Source of the DNA: a virus
Taxonomy: Duplodnaviria > Caudoviricetes
Reading direction: 5' to 3' (one strand)
Virus record (IMG/VR): IMGVR_UViG_3300034965_000010
Coordinates: 1 to 25,928 of that record
Length of the DNA: 25,928 nt
Part shown: one piece after another, positions 1-9,725 of the stretch
Numbering within the stretch: position 1 is the first letter of the stretch
Layout: each line of letters begins with the position of its first letter
Translations under genes and position numbers: made by a program
Notes under the pieces: model-generated
Told to the model about the DNA's origin: nothing
What the model saw: the letters and a program-made list of their open reading frames with translations, nothing else
Database searches by the model: none

Positions 1-2244
1 ATCTACTGCATTTATATACGCATAATTTACTGTGCCAGTCTTTGTACCTTCCACATAAATTATTGCTGTACAATCATTAAATTGTATATTACCATTTACA
101 ATTACCCCTGGATCAAATTTAAAATCTAAACTGCCTGATCCTAAGATCCCATTAAATGATACGCTTTCATTATAAATACTAGATCCAACGCCACCTGGAT
201 TAGAATCTATAACATGAACTGTTATATCCTCATATAATACTTTTGGGATCGTTCCATTACTTGTTAATCTTGTTAATGTTTTATATGGGTTGCCTATTGC
301 ACCTGTTCCAAAATCATTGCCTGCATATGAATCAACATAATATATAATTGGGTATCTAATAACATTCATAATATTTTGGCCTATGAATTGATCGGATCTG
401 ATCTTTGAGTATGAAAATTCATCAGGGCTAAAATATCCAATTACTACTGGTGGTGTAGAATCATCCTCATATTTTATAGAACTTGCATATTCCCCCTCTA
501 CTGTTTCCATCCTGATCCTTGATCCTGTTTGTGTGGCCTCAAATGCGTTTGACATATCCCAAACTTCTTGGCGTGCTGCAACTTTTTTGGCTGTGTCCAT
601 GTTTTGTTTGTTTATATCAGAATTATCCTTTACATAATTACCTAGCGTAATATCTGTATTTTCTCTATTTAAAAGATCGTGCGTTATTTCAATTAAATTT
701 GCTGTAACATCTAAAGGTATTCTAAAATTTTCATCTAATAATAGGATCTGATCACCTAATCTTATTTTCTCGAACTCTAGGCCTGCAATACTTTCAAGAT
801 CTAAAATTTTTGCCTCATATGTTAGTAATGGCTTATTATTTTCTTGTAAATAATCCCATGTTTTTTGGATCAAATTTAAAGGATTACTTTCATTATCATC
901 TATATAAAAACCGAATCTATTTAATGTACCGCCCGCCCTGCCATATAAAGCCTTTGCATTAACATCCTCTATCCATTGCTGATTAATGGGCTTGTTAGCC
1001 TCAAAAGAAGGATGAAATTCATCAAGCCATAAAATTCCTGGTTCTGCTGTTGGTATACATGTCTGAAATCCAAATTTAACTCCATCAATGCCCGCTGGAA
1101 CTGTAGTTATTAATTCTAATAGTTCCCAATGATTATTTGTTTTAGGCCTCAATGCTGCCCATTTTCTCGTGCCTGTATAAACTCCTGCTGTAAACCAATA
1201 AAAAAGCATTGTTACTAATTTTTGTTTACCTGTGCTTATTGTAACTGGTGTATAAACCCATACATAAGCACGCATATATTGCCCTGGTGTTACTGTATAT
1301 ATTGTTGTTGTTATTGCTGTTGTAATAGGTGCTATTAATGTATCTGTTATTAGCATACTTGACGAATCTTTATAACTCCTGCCAGGTGAACTGACTGCTG
1401 ATCCACTTGTAACTGTCCAACTCGACATATCTTCAAACCCATAGTTTGTATATGTTGGGAAATCATTACGCCATATAATGCTGCTAAAGTTTTGCCTTAT
1501 ATCTACTGTTTTATTTCCTACTTGTGACATCTGCGCAAATATAGCCTCTTGTGATTTACTGACTTCAATGTCCTTACCTTTGCCATAACATGCTGTAATA
1601 AGGCTGCTATTATCTGTTGTTCTTTTAATACTTGTTATGTCCTTACCTATAACAGATCTTTTGCCCCTGAATGCTCCTATGGCCCTTTTATAATCTACAT
1701 ATCTAGCTGTAATAATGCTGCCAGTTAAAACTAGCCTGAATTTAAAATTACCACTACTATTATGATCTATATTTCTAAATAACCATCTTTCCTGAAGATC
1801 TGCCAGGGCCTCCATACTTGACTGATAAAAAAAGTTTTGCGAGAATATACCAAAACCATCAACCACTCCTACTGACCACCTACTGCCAGTTAATGCAGCT
1901 GTTAATGCATCTGTAGCGTTTGATTGCAATGCTCTTTGATCCTCTATTATATTATCTCTTAATTCATAGAATACATTTTCGCAATAACATTTTTTTACTA
2001 TTCCTGCGCTGCTTTCTTCATCTTCAATTTTTATTATTTCAAACATATTAAATTCATTATCGAGATCGTAAAATGCAAAATAATTTCCTTCTATAACATA
2101 AATACTTTTATCTATATAATCCGCTATGGTAACATCTAAAGTATTCTGATTTAAAGTATTTTCAAGATGTTTTGCCTCAATAATCTCGCTTTCATTAAGA
2201 ATTGTTATTAAAATTTCACTCGCATTAAATATATAAAGATCCAT
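1..2244 (-). CDS. Tal-like tail tip/baseplate hub protein (phage minor structural protein, prophage endopeptidase-tail family) with an inserted carbohydrate-binding-like domain; runs off the window end
   Basis: Absent from the ORF track because it has no stop in the window. ATG at 2244, directly after the TMP stop, with a GGGGG SD. Frame open to base 1: MDLYIFNASEILITILNE...GKRSVIGKDITSIKRTTDNSSLITACYGKGK...KPINQQWIEDVNAKALYG...LGDQILLLD. These motifs are typical of Firmicute siphophage minor structural tail proteins. Confidence 0.8.
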   Translation of the reverse strand, partial: MDLYIFNASEILITILNESEIIEAKHLENTLNQNTLDVTIADYIDKSIYVIEGNYFAFYDLDNEFNMFEIIKIEDEESSAGIVKKCYCENVFYELRDNIIEDQRALQSNATDALTAALTGSRWSVGVVDGFGIFSQNFFYQSSMEALADLQERWLFRNIDHNSSGNFKFRLVLTGSIITARYVDYKRAIGAFRGKRSVIGKDITSIKRTTDNSSLITACYGKGKDIEVSKSQEAIFAQMSQVGNKTVDIRQNFSSIIWRNDFPTYTNYGFEDMSSWTVTSGSAVSSPGRSYKDSSSMLITDTLIAPITTAITTTIYTVTPGQYMRAYVWVYTPVTISTGKQKLVTMLFYWFTAGVYTGTRKWAALRPKTNNHWELLELITTVPAGIDGVKFGFQTCIPTAEPGILWLDEFHPSFEANKPINQQWIEDVNAKALYGRAGGTLNRFGFYIDDNESNPLNLIQKTWDYLQENNKPLLTYEAKILDLESIAGLEFEKIRLGDQILLLDENFRIPLDVTANLIEITHDLLNRENTDITLGNYVKDNSDINKQNMDTAKKVAARQEVWDMSNAFEATQTGSRIRMETVEGEYASSIKYEDDSTPPVVIGYFSPDEFSYSKIRSDQFIGQNIMNVIRYPIIYYVDSYAGNDFGTGAIGNPYKTLTRLTSNGTIPKVLYEDITVHVIDSNPGGVGSSIYNESVSFNGILGSGSLDFKFDPGVIVNGNIQFNDCTAIIYVEGTKTGTVNYAYINAVD

Positions 2245-2245
2245 T

Positions 2246-4408
2246 TTATAACCCCCTAGCCCTGTTTTTTCTGTCTGTTTCTTTTGCTATTTCAATGCTG
2301 ATTAATTTAGCAAATGCTGCTGGATCTTTCACATCTCCGTTAATATTAATTGTTATTCCATTACCCATGCTAAGTGATCCATTCAGGCCTGACAACCTGG
2401 ATAAAAATGCATTTGCAAATATATCCGCTGCGCTGCCCTCAAGTGGAACTATAGCCTCACGCCCACGTTCGCCTAGTCCTGCTAGTGTTGGCTGATCAAA
2501 TATTCCGCCTTTTGCATTCCAATTAAAAGATGGTACGCTTAAAGGATTGATACTAAAACTGCCTGTCCAGTTAATATGTGGTAACTTAGGCAACTTTATT
2601 TCAGGTATAGCCAGTTTTATATTAGTAAATAGATCTTTTAAAATTTGTACCCATAATTTTATTGTTGTTACTGCTGTTATTATATTTGACTTTAAGGTAT
2701 TAAAGCCTTTAATTACATTAGTTATTGGAGATATTATCAGATTAAATATACCTACTATTTTAGGCCAATTATTTACAATAAAATTAACTACTTCTGAAAC
2801 ATCATCAATTATCATTTGTAAAGTTGGTAATAATATATTTATAATTACCCATACAACTATATCTAAAGTTGTTTTAATAATAAATGATATTGTTGGCCAA
2901 TTTGCAACGATCCAATCTACTATAGGTTTCAAAACCGTAACTATTAAATTAAATGCTGGTATTAAAATATTATTAATAATTTGACTTATCATATTTGCCA
3001 CTGTGAAAATTATTTCTTGTATTTTTGGCCAATTCTCAATTATCCAGTCTTTGATTAACACTAAAATTTTCCAAAATAAATTAAATATTGGTATTAAAAT
3101 TGTATCAAATACCATTTTAATATTGGCTGCTACTGTTGATATTGTATCTTTTATCATAGGCCAATTTAAAATAATCCAATTTACTGCATCTCTTATTATT
3201 GGCATTAAAAAATTAAATGCTGGTATTAAAATTGTATTAAAAACTTCACTGATCTTATTTGAAATATCATTAATTATAGGATATATTTTTGGCCAATTTT
3301 CTATAATCCAATTTACTACATTTTCAATTATTACTTTAATATTTTCTATTATTGGTTTTAAAAAACTTAATATTGATGCCCATGCTGCATTAACTTTGTC
3401 CCTAAATTCTTTATTTTTTGTATAGCAATTATATAAAGCTAATGCAATTCCTGCTACTGCTAATATTACTAAACCTATTGGGCTTAATAAAAAACTAAAT
3501 ATTCTAGCTAATTTGCCTACCGCTGTGATCATAGATCCAAATATAAATAATGCAGGGCCTATTGCTGCAACTATTCCAGCTATTTTTATAATTAACATTT
3601 GTGTTTTTGGCGATAATTTACTAAATGCCTCTACTAATTTTGTGGCCTTTTGAATTATTGGTGTAAATAAAGGCAATAAATTTTTGCCTAATGTTGCATA
3701 TAAATTGTCAACGTTTGATTTAAAAATTCTCATACTATTTGCTGCGCCATCTGAAGTTCTCGCAAAATCGCCTTGAGAATTTTTTGTTTTATCTAAAACA
3801 TATTTATATCTTAAAGTAACTCTTTCATTTTCAGACATATTTTTATATGCTTTCTTTTGGCCTGAACTTAGGGCATAGGCTGTTAGTGTTGCATCTGTCA
3901 TAATAATACCTAATTGTTTTAAACTATCCCCTTCACCTGTAAATATTCCTTTTAGGGCATCTGATGCCTGATCCACTCCTATGTTTTTAAAACTTGCAAG
4001 ATCTCCTGCGAGGCCTGCCAAATTTGTCGACATTTTAGCAGCTGCACTTGTTGATATTCCCATGCCTGATGCCATATCACCAAATAAACTTGTCATTTCT
4101 AAAGCTGCATTTGTAGATAATCCAAAATTTTTCGTTGCTGTGGCTGCCCATGCCTTAACTTCTTTTGCATTGCCTTTAAATGCAACATCAATTTTATTCA
4201 TATTTTCGCTCATATCTGATGCTGCACTAAACATTTTAGTACCCAATGCAACTATTGGCGCTGTTAATCCTAAAGCTAATTTTGCCCCTAATCCTGAAAC
4301 ACTTGATCCTGCCTTTGTTAATGATCCACCAAATTTATTAAGGCTCGCTTGCGCTGGGCCTGTATCTACTGTAACTAATGCATAAAGTTCGCCTACGTTT
4401 AAAGCCAT
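2246..4408 (-). CDS. Tape measure protein (720 aa)
   Basis: N-terminus MALNVGELYALVTVDT; Ala/Gly-rich helical core (GDLASFKNI...ALKGIFTGEGDSLKQLG); hydrophobic segment; periodic W-I-x-x-N-W-P repeats; lies after the tail chaperones; GGAGG SD. Confidence 0.92.
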   Translation of the reverse strand: MALNVGELYALVTVDTGPAQASLNKFGGSLTKAGSSVSGLGAKLALGLTAPIVALGTKMFSAASDMSENMNKIDVAFKGNAKEVKAWAATATKNFGLSTNAALEMTSLFGDMASGMGISTSAAAKMSTNLAGLAGDLASFKNIGVDQASDALKGIFTGEGDSLKQLGIIMTDATLTAYALSSGQKKAYKNMSENERVTLRYKYVLDKTKNSQGDFARTSDGAANSMRIFKSNVDNLYATLGKNLLPLFTPIIQKATKLVEAFSKLSPKTQMLIIKIAGIVAAIGPALFIFGSMITAVGKLARIFSFLLSPIGLVILAVAGIALALYNCYTKNKEFRDKVNAAWASILSFLKPIIENIKVIIENVVNWIIENWPKIYPIINDISNKISEVFNTILIPAFNFLMPIIRDAVNWIILNWPMIKDTISTVAANIKMVFDTILIPIFNLFWKILVLIKDWIIENWPKIQEIIFTVANMISQIINNILIPAFNLIVTVLKPIVDWIVANWPTISFIIKTTLDIVVWVIINILLPTLQMIIDDVSEVVNFIVNNWPKIVGIFNLIISPITNVIKGFNTLKSNIITAVTTIKLWVQILKDLFTNIKLAIPEIKLPKLPHINWTGSFSINPLSVPSFNWNAKGGIFDQPTLAGLGERGREAIVPLEGSAADIFANAFLSRLSGLNGSLSMGNGITININGDVKDPAAFAKLISIEIAKETDRKNRARGL

Positions 4409-4419
4409 AATCCCACCTC

Positions 4420-4671
4420 CTATAAAAATTGATTAATTATAGAATTACCCCGCTGCTTGGTACTGACAACCGCACTTTTGCCCTCTTTCCTTGCCTGAAT
4501 CATATTAACTATATTACTTTTTATTGATAAATTATCCAAAAGTAACTCAAATTTTCGCCATGACAGGGTATTTATGGAAAAAGACAGATCCATGCTATAC
4601 TCACGCATAAAATCTGCCTCTATTGCTGCCCAGTCTGCAATAATATCAACTACTTTTGTATTTGAAAATTT
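4420..4671 (-). CDS. Tail assembly chaperone, frameshifted C-terminal part (lambda gpGT-like)
   Basis: The -1 frame is open upstream of the track ATG at 4608 (VVDIIADWAAIEADFMREYSMDL...LSWRKFELLL, resembling the Gp15-like chaperone motif). No SD at 4608. Slippery heptamer at 4665-4671. Confidence 0.75.
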   Translation of the reverse strand, partial: KFSNTKVVDIIADWAAIEADFMREYSMDLSFSINTLSWRKFELLLDNLSIKSNIVNMIQARKEGKSAVVSTKQRGNSIINQFL

Positions 4672-5018
4672 TCTTTGTCACCATTTTTACTCTCTATGGT
4701 TTTATTATCTGTTGTTTCATCTTTTGAATTAGGATTACCATATTCGGCTGCTGCCCACTCAATAACATCTTCCATTTGCTGAACTGTAAAGCCTTTTATC
4801 ATAAGATCTTCTAGTTGATCCTTACCGAGTAAACTTTCACATATGTTTAATACAACCCCTGGATCAAGATCCTTTTCTTTTTGGCCTCTTAAAATTTCAA
4901 TCATTAACTTTGCTGGCATACTAGCTGGCATTGTATATTTTGTATGAAATAAAGAAAACACTAATAAAACACTTTTCTGATCCTTATAAAAATTATCAAA
5001 ATCTTTAAATTTAGCCAT
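4650..5018 (-). CDS. Tail assembly chaperone (gpG-like)
   Basis: 122 aa, between the tail tube and TMP genes, with an AGGAGG SD; ends just after a slippery site. Confidence 0.8.
   Translation of the reverse strand: MAKFKDFDNFYKDQKSVLLVFSLFHTKYTMPASMPAKLMIEILRGQKEKDLDPGVVLNICESLLGKDQLEDLMIKGFTVQQMEDVIEWAAAEYGNPNSKDETTDNKTIESKNGDKENFQIQK
4665..4671 (-). promoter_or_regulatory. Programmed -1 ribosomal frameshift heptamer A AAT TTT
   Basis: Minus strand GAA AAT TTT CAA ... AAG TAG contains an in-frame X XXY YYZ heptamer. A -1 slip gives TCA AAT ACA AAA GTA GTT GAT, which runs into the 4420 ORF. Confidence 0.75.
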
Positions 5019-5041
5019 GTTTAAAGCCTCCTGTCATTTCT

Positions 5042-5485
5042 TTATATAGTAACTGGCTTACCTGAAACCGTTAATGTAAAGCCCCATGTTGTAGGATCAT
5101 CATTGCCCCCGCCTATATCTGCGAGTACAGAAGATGCGTAAAATCTGCGACCTAATCCACCAGGAGAAACTAACTTAAAATCACCTAAACTATCATTGCC
5201 AGTTTTTGCGCTTAATGTTTCAACGAACTCTTGACCTGGTGATCTATCCCCTAATGCTGGATCTTCTAAATAAAAACCTTCTGCGCTAATTTCCACGCCT
5301 CTACTTGCAACCAAACTTTCTGCATAACCATCTGAACAAAAGTCTGTAGTATCTGCATCATTTTTAGAATTACTAAATGTAAATGTATTGATCCCGCATG
5401 TAATATCATTCCATACTGGCACTGCAAATGTTCCACTATTTATATAAAATTTCCAGTCTCTTGCTAAAACTTTAGCTATTGCCAT
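5042..5485 (-). CDS. Major tail (tube) protein
   Basis: Probable start MAIAKVLARD at 5485 (GGGAGG SD). Motifs DTTDFCSDGYAESLVASRG and WGFTLTVSGKP are typical of siphophage tube proteins; gene position agrees. Confidence 0.85.
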   Translation of the reverse strand: MAIAKVLARDWKFYINSGTFAVPVWNDITCGINTFTFSNSKNDADTTDFCSDGYAESLVASRGVEISAEGFYLEDPALGDRSPGQEFVETLSAKTGNDSLGDFKLVSPGGLGRRFYASSVLADIGGGNDDPTTWGFTLTVSGKPVTI

Positions 5486-5900
5486 TTGAACGACCTCCCT
5501 CAAAATTCATTATTTCTATTGTTAAATTTAAACTAAATTCAAATCTTTTATTTTCATCTTTCCCAATATAATTAGGGCCTGCCTGATCTGCTAAACAACT
5601 TACTATCCATATTCCATTTGCTTTAAAATAATTGTTATGAAAACCATGCAGCGTATTATAAATATTTTGGCCTCTTTGCTGCGTTTCTATGGCCCTTGTG
5701 CCTCTAATAATTAATTCTATTGATATTGGATCATAACCCAATTTACCATCCCCAGGGCTGCCACCTCTATTATATAAACTAATTGAATTATCAGGGCTGG
5801 CGGGCATTGTCATAATAAAGATATTGCCTGAAGTTCCAACTTCATCAAATATACCAATATTTTTAAATTGTAAATATTCTGCAATTTCTGAAATTAACAT
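5472..5900 (-). CDS. Tail terminator/completion protein ('minor capsid' annotation family)
   Basis: Probable start MLISEIAEYL at 5900 (TAATG overlap with the upstream stop). Motifs MPASPD and YIGKDENKRFEFSLN; lies immediately before the tube gene. Confidence 0.75.
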   Translation of the reverse strand: MLISEIAEYLQFKNIGIFDEVGTSGNIFIMTMPASPDNSISLYNRGGSPGDGKLGYDPISIELIIRGTRAIETQQRGQNIYNTLHGFHNNYFKANGIWIVSCLADQAGPNYIGKDENKRFEFSLNLTIEIMNFEGGRSNGNS

Positions 5901-6250
5901 TATCTTAGGCCCTCCCGCATAAACTTTGCCATTGCCGCCTGAATTACTTTTGCATTTGCATTTTTTGCATCTACTAACCACTTGCCTCGGCCCTTGCCCT
6001 GAAAATGATATTCAGGATGTTCATGCAACCTTATGGCATATGGCGTATCATAAAAAACTGATGCTGTTGGTGGATCTGTTTGTGTATCTACTGATCCACT
6101 ATTCTCTAGCGTTCCAACATCATGCGGTACGTGATCCTTAGATTTTTGCAGTAATATTTCTGCGCTCTTTCTTACTGCAATAACTGCTGCTGCTTTCACT
6201 TGATCGTTAACCTGTGCAACATGGCTTGTAACTCTTATATGAACTGTCAT
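5900..6250 (-). CDS. Neck/tail-completion protein (HK97 gp10-like)
   Basis: VPHDVGTLENSG...YDTPYAIRLHE...GKWL motif; standard neck-module position. Confidence 0.8.
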   Translation of the reverse strand: MTVHIRVTSHVAQVNDQVKAAAVIAVRKSAEILLQKSKDHVPHDVGTLENSGSVDTQTDPPTASVFYDTPYAIRLHEHPEYHFQGKGRGKWLVDAKNANAKVIQAAMAKFMREGLR

Positions 6251-6555
6251 TTTAATAACACCTCTTTGTGGCTGTAGCTGCTTATTGTCTGTTGCTTTGC
6301 TAAAGAGATAACTATATATTGTTGATCCTCAAAATATACTTTGCTTTGCGCTGTAATGTTAATTCCTGGGCCTATAAACATTCTGCCAGTGCTTACAACT
6401 TCATTTCCATTTGAATCTATTACTTTTTGAACTAATGGCTCAAATCTGCATTTAATTGCTGTTGATCCTGTAAATAGATCCTCATATGCATTTTGCCCTA
6501 AATAAACTTCTATTGTTGCATCTTGCGTTAAAAGAAAACTAGGTATATTAAACAT
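6247..6555 (-). CDS. Head closure/stopper protein
   Basis: Probable start MFNIPSFLL at 6555 (AGGAGG SD); beta-rich, with KVIDSNGNEVVS; lies after the adaptor. Confidence 0.7.
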   Translation of the reverse strand: MFNIPSFLLTQDATIEVYLGQNAYEDLFTGSTAIKCRFEPLVQKVIDSNGNEVVSTGRMFIGPGINITAQSKVYFEDQQYIVISLAKQQTISSYSHKEVLLK

Positions 6556-6566
6556 GTAAAAACCTC

Positions 6567-6992
6567 CTAATAAGCACGCCATACACCTCTATACATTAAA
6601 CCTACTAAAAACAAATACCTGTTGGCTCTAGGTGCGAGTACCGCCATACTTGCGTTGGATGATCCTGATCCTGATCCCCCAAAACTCATGCTGAAATTAC
6701 CAATAGCAAAATTTGATATATTACCCGCATTAACTATGTCTGTATCTGCTCCTAAATTTAACCAGTATTCTATCTGTGCACTTGTGGCATTTTGTGCTGC
6801 CAGGGCCACGTCTGCATCTTCAATGGCTGTCCCTAAATTATTAAGATTATAATCCATTATTTTATTAATAGTAATATAATCTATTAATTCCTGTGCCCTC
6901 ATAATCATTGCTAATATATTAGTAGGTAATGTTGTTACTGCAACGCCCATAAATGCTGCAACCTGTGCTGGTGTTGCATATACTACTGCCAT
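6567..6992 (-). CDS. Head-tail connector/adaptor protein
   Basis: YATPAQV...RAQELIDYIT...ATSAQIEYW...FAIGNFSMSF...LAPRANRYLFLVGLMYRGV is the typical adaptor signature. Confidence 0.8.
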   Translation of the reverse strand: MAVVYATPAQVAAFMGVAVTTLPTNILAMIMRAQELIDYITINKIMDYNLNNLGTAIEDADVALAAQNATSAQIEYWLNLGADTDIVNAGNISNFAIGNFSMSFGGSGSGSSNASMAVLAPRANRYLFLVGLMYRGVWRAY

Positions 6993-7007
6993 TTACATGC
7001 GCCCCCT

Positions 7008-7310
7008 TTATTTATTTACATATGCTGTTGCAATGGTAACTGTTGCTATTGCACTAAATGTTAGCTGAATATGTCCTGTCCCATCATTGAAACGGTCTAC
7101 TTCATATGGGCCACATTGGCGTTCTTCAGCGTTGGTTACTGTAATAGTAACATCATGATCAACGCCCTGATTACATGGTAAAATGCTATTTGCTACTACT
7201 GTGATTGGAGATCCTCCACCATTTTTAATAAAGAAAATTGTATTTCCATCATTATAAAGGCTCATACTTGTTGTTGCTGCTACATATACAAGATCTGTTT
7301 GTGCGCTCAT
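7008..7310 (-). CDS. Small beta-sandwich virion protein, putative capsid decoration; paralog of 7313-7651
   Basis: NDGNTIFFIKNGGGSPITV...HDVTITV...RFND aligns with NNGQTIFYLIN...HNETITV...RFND of the neighbouring gene. Confidence 0.6.
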   Translation of the reverse strand: MSAQTDLVYVAATTSMSLYNDGNTIFFIKNGGGSPITVVANSILPCNQGVDHDVTITVTNAEERQCGPYEVDRFNDGTGHIQLTFSAIATVTIATAYVNK

Positions 7311-7312
7311 AA

Positions 7313-7651
7313 TTAAACCCTCACTTTCAAAGCTGCGACTGTTAGCGTTGTTACGCCTGAATAAGTAATATTAACCAAATTATTTGCATCATTAAATCTG
7401 TGTTTGCTCATAAAATTTATAACTGTAGAACTGCTTGCTGGTACTGTTATTGTTTCATTGTGTGTTATTCCGTAATTATCAGGAATAAGAGATGTTATTG
7501 TGATAGTTTTTGCTACTACCTGCGCATTGATTAGATAAAAAATAGTTTGTCCATTATTAACAAAATAATTTCCATCGACATTAGCTGCCTCATATGTTGC
7601 CTCAAGGCCTGTATTAACTAATTGTTGAACTAAAACCTGACTTGCTGCCAT
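7313..7651 (-). CDS. Small beta-sandwich virion protein, putative capsid decoration
   Basis: 112 aa, T/V/N-rich, GGGGG SD; paralogous to 7008-7310 and distantly to the 11225 and 11594 genes. Confidence 0.6.
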   Translation of the reverse strand: MAASQVLVQQLVNTGLEATYEAANVDGNYFVNNGQTIFYLINAQVVAKTITITSLIPDNYGITHNETITVPASSSTVINFMSKHRFNDANNLVNITYSGVTTLTVAALKVRV

Positions 7652-7676
7652 TACAATTCCCCCTTATATTTTATAT

Positions 7677-8348
7677 TTATTTAGTTGATTTATAATTTTG
7701 AACTATTTCAGAATCTAATAGCGGCCTATTATATATTCTAGCCATTTTTAAATTGCCTTTGAATTGCCTGTTGAGGCTTGGATTATTACCTATTAAAACA
7801 TCATTTGTGGTAACTGGTGTTGTTAATGCATGGCCCACGCCATTATCCCATCTACCATTTATAAATAATTTTGCGTTTGTTCCATCCGTTTTTAGTACAA
7901 TATGGGTTAAAACATTTTTAGGAATTGCAGCGCTTGAAAACAAAATTGATGCTCCTGCTCTTAAAAATACTATTGCCCTGCTTGATGTTATTGCTAATGC
8001 ATAACTATCTTGGCCAGTTGTTAATTCTTTTGCAATAATATGGCCTGTTATTATTGGATCTACTGACACACTTATTAATGTTTCTAATGTAATATAACTT
8101 GAATTAAATGTAGTTGAATGTCCAAAATTAATTACATCATTTGATCCATCATATTGTATGCCACCGAAACCATCCGCCCCACTTGCTGCTGTATAAGCAA
8201 AATTTGCAGGTGTTCCGTTATTACCTATTAAACTTCTGTCTGTCATTGTTGTAGTGTTAGGGCTATTTTTAAAATCATTTCCATCAATATATAAAACCAA
8301 ACCATTTTTAATATAAGGCTTTTTTATTGGATGAATTATTATATCCAT
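7677..8348 (-). CDS. LamG/concanavalin A-like jelly-roll domain protein
   Basis: GLVLYIDG...DRSLIGNNGT...YDGSNDVI...THIV...DGTNAKLFING...IG...FKGNLKMARIYNRPLLDSEIVQNY is the LamG-like signature. Confidence 0.85.
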   Translation of the reverse strand: MDIIIHPIKKPYIKNGLVLYIDGNDFKNSPNTTTMTDRSLIGNNGTPANFAYTAASGADGFGGIQYDGSNDVINFGHSTTFNSSYITLETLISVSVDPIITGHIIAKELTTGQDSYALAITSSRAIVFLRAGASILFSSAAIPKNVLTHIVLKTDGTNAKLFINGRWDNGVGHALTTPVTTNDVLIGNNPSLNRQFKGNLKMARIYNRPLLDSEIVQNYKSTK

Positions 8349-8358
8349 AATTCCCCCC

Positions 8359-8946
8359 CTAATTAAGCAAATAAAATTTTAGTATTAATGTTATTACTTC
8401 ACCAGTTAAAGGCGTGTATGCTAATACATTTACTGGTGCAAAATATAATTTGCCTGCTGCATCTAGTTTGCATTTCCTTAATATTTCCGTTTGCATACTT
8501 AAATTGGATGTTGTTCCATATTTCCTAGTTGAACTGATCCCATCTAATGTTGTTACAAAATTTGCAACCATTGCTGCTGCTGTTGGATTAAATGTTATAT
8601 AATCCGCTAATGAAGATGTCGTTGCTGGATTATTAACATTAAATAGATCTATATATCCACTAAATGCACTATTTGCGCCATTATCTGATGTTATAAATGC
8701 GCTTGTAATTGCTATCCTTCTATTAGCTAAATTTAGGCCTGTTGCTGTGCTTAAATCAAGTGTTGGCAATATACTAGCTGCATTGCCCAAAATTAATTGG
8801 CCTGGTGTATATGCTGTAACTGTGGTGGATCTAGTTATTGCAGCTTGAACGCTAAATGAAGGTGTCACATCATATAATGGATTAGTATTACTGTTATCAA
8901 TATTACCAATTAATAGCCCAACTTTTTGATTTCCAGGTGTTAACAT
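8359..8946 (-). CDS. Putative virion structural protein; paralog of 8958-9707
   Basis: ITRSTTVTAYTPGQLI and CKLDAAGKLYFAPV..LAYTPLTGE match ITRPANTTGYTKGDIV and CTLDSNKKLYLALV..ANYTPVSAE. Confidence 0.6.
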   Translation of the reverse strand: MLTPGNQKVGLLIGNIDNSNTNPLYDVTPSFSVQAAITRSTTVTAYTPGQLILGNAASILPTLDLSTATGLNLANRRIAITSAFITSDNGANSAFSGYIDLFNVNNPATTSSLADYITFNPTAAAMVANFVTTLDGISSTRKYGTTSNLSMQTEILRKCKLDAAGKLYFAPVNVLAYTPLTGEVITLILKFYLLN

Positions 8947-8957
8947 CTGTTCACCCC

Positions 8958-9707
8958 CTATAATATTGTGCCTTTGATTGTTACATAAAATTTTTCTGCT
9001 GAAACTGGTGTATAATTTGCGCTTGGTACTAATGCGAGATATAATTTTTTATTTGAATCTAAAGTGCATAAATTATATAAATTATTTTTATATATTAAAT
9101 AGCAATTCGATCCATCATTTATTAATGTAAAATTATTAGTTTCAATTGCCTCTTTTTTGGCTGTCATTTCTGAATAACTTAAATCAAATACCATATTATC
9201 TGTTAAATCTTGACCAATAAAAGTATTTGAATGAAAAAAATACATATAAGGATCAATTCTTGGCGCTCCTGTTGTCCTATTACTTGTAACTGATATAGTT
9301 TTAATAATAATTTGTCTGTTTGCTACATCTCCATAACTTGTAAAATTAAATTCAGGTAATACTATTGATCCATTATTATTAACTATATCTCCCTTTGTAT
9401 ATCCTGTAGTATTTGCGGGCCTTGTAATCTCTAAATTTACGCTAAAATTTATTGATGGTAAATAAGTTGTATTCGTTTCTATATTTTTTAATCTGCCTAA
9501 AACTGTGTTAGCTGTTGGCACTGCTTGTACTTCTCCTATTTTAGCTTCAATATTTGTTGTACTTGTTTTAATTAATCCAACATCTGTTTTTGTAGTAGAT
9601 AGATCACTTTTAATTGTTCCTATATCCGTTTTTATTAAGTCATTATTAATATTTAATTCTCTTAAATCGCTGTCATTGGTGGCATATCTGTTAGGTGTTA
9701 CTGTCAT
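8958..9707 (-). CDS. Putative fibre/spike-like virion protein with an N-terminal heptad coiled coil
   Basis: Heptads IKTDIGT IKSDLST TKTDVGL IKTSTTN; C-terminal domain paralogous to 8359-8946; GGGGG SD. Confidence 0.55.
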   Translation of the reverse strand: MTVTPNRYATNDSDLRELNINNDLIKTDIGTIKSDLSTTKTDVGLIKTSTTNIEAKIGEVQAVPTANTVLGRLKNIETNTTYLPSINFSVNLEITRPANTTGYTKGDIVNNNGSIVLPEFNFTSYGDVANRQIIIKTISVTSNRTTGAPRIDPYMYFFHSNTFIGQDLTDNMVFDLSYSEMTAKKEAIETNNFTLINDGSNCYLIYKNNLYNLCTLDSNKKLYLALVPSANYTPVSAEKFYVTIKGTIL

Positions 9708-9725
9708 TTATTCACCCCCATAAGT

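Noticed and set aside
2760-3330. DNA repeats (GGCCAATT, AAATTAAATGCTGGTATTAAAAT) inside the TMP gene as an independent repeat element
   Set aside because: They are in frame and explained by ordinary tape-measure NWP protein repeats.
2295-4385. Plus-strand ORFs opposite the tape measure gene, and other plus-strand ORFs in the track (e.g. 6622, 10291, 20254)
   Set aside because: Antisense shadows of well-supported minus-strand genes, with no recognisable motifs.
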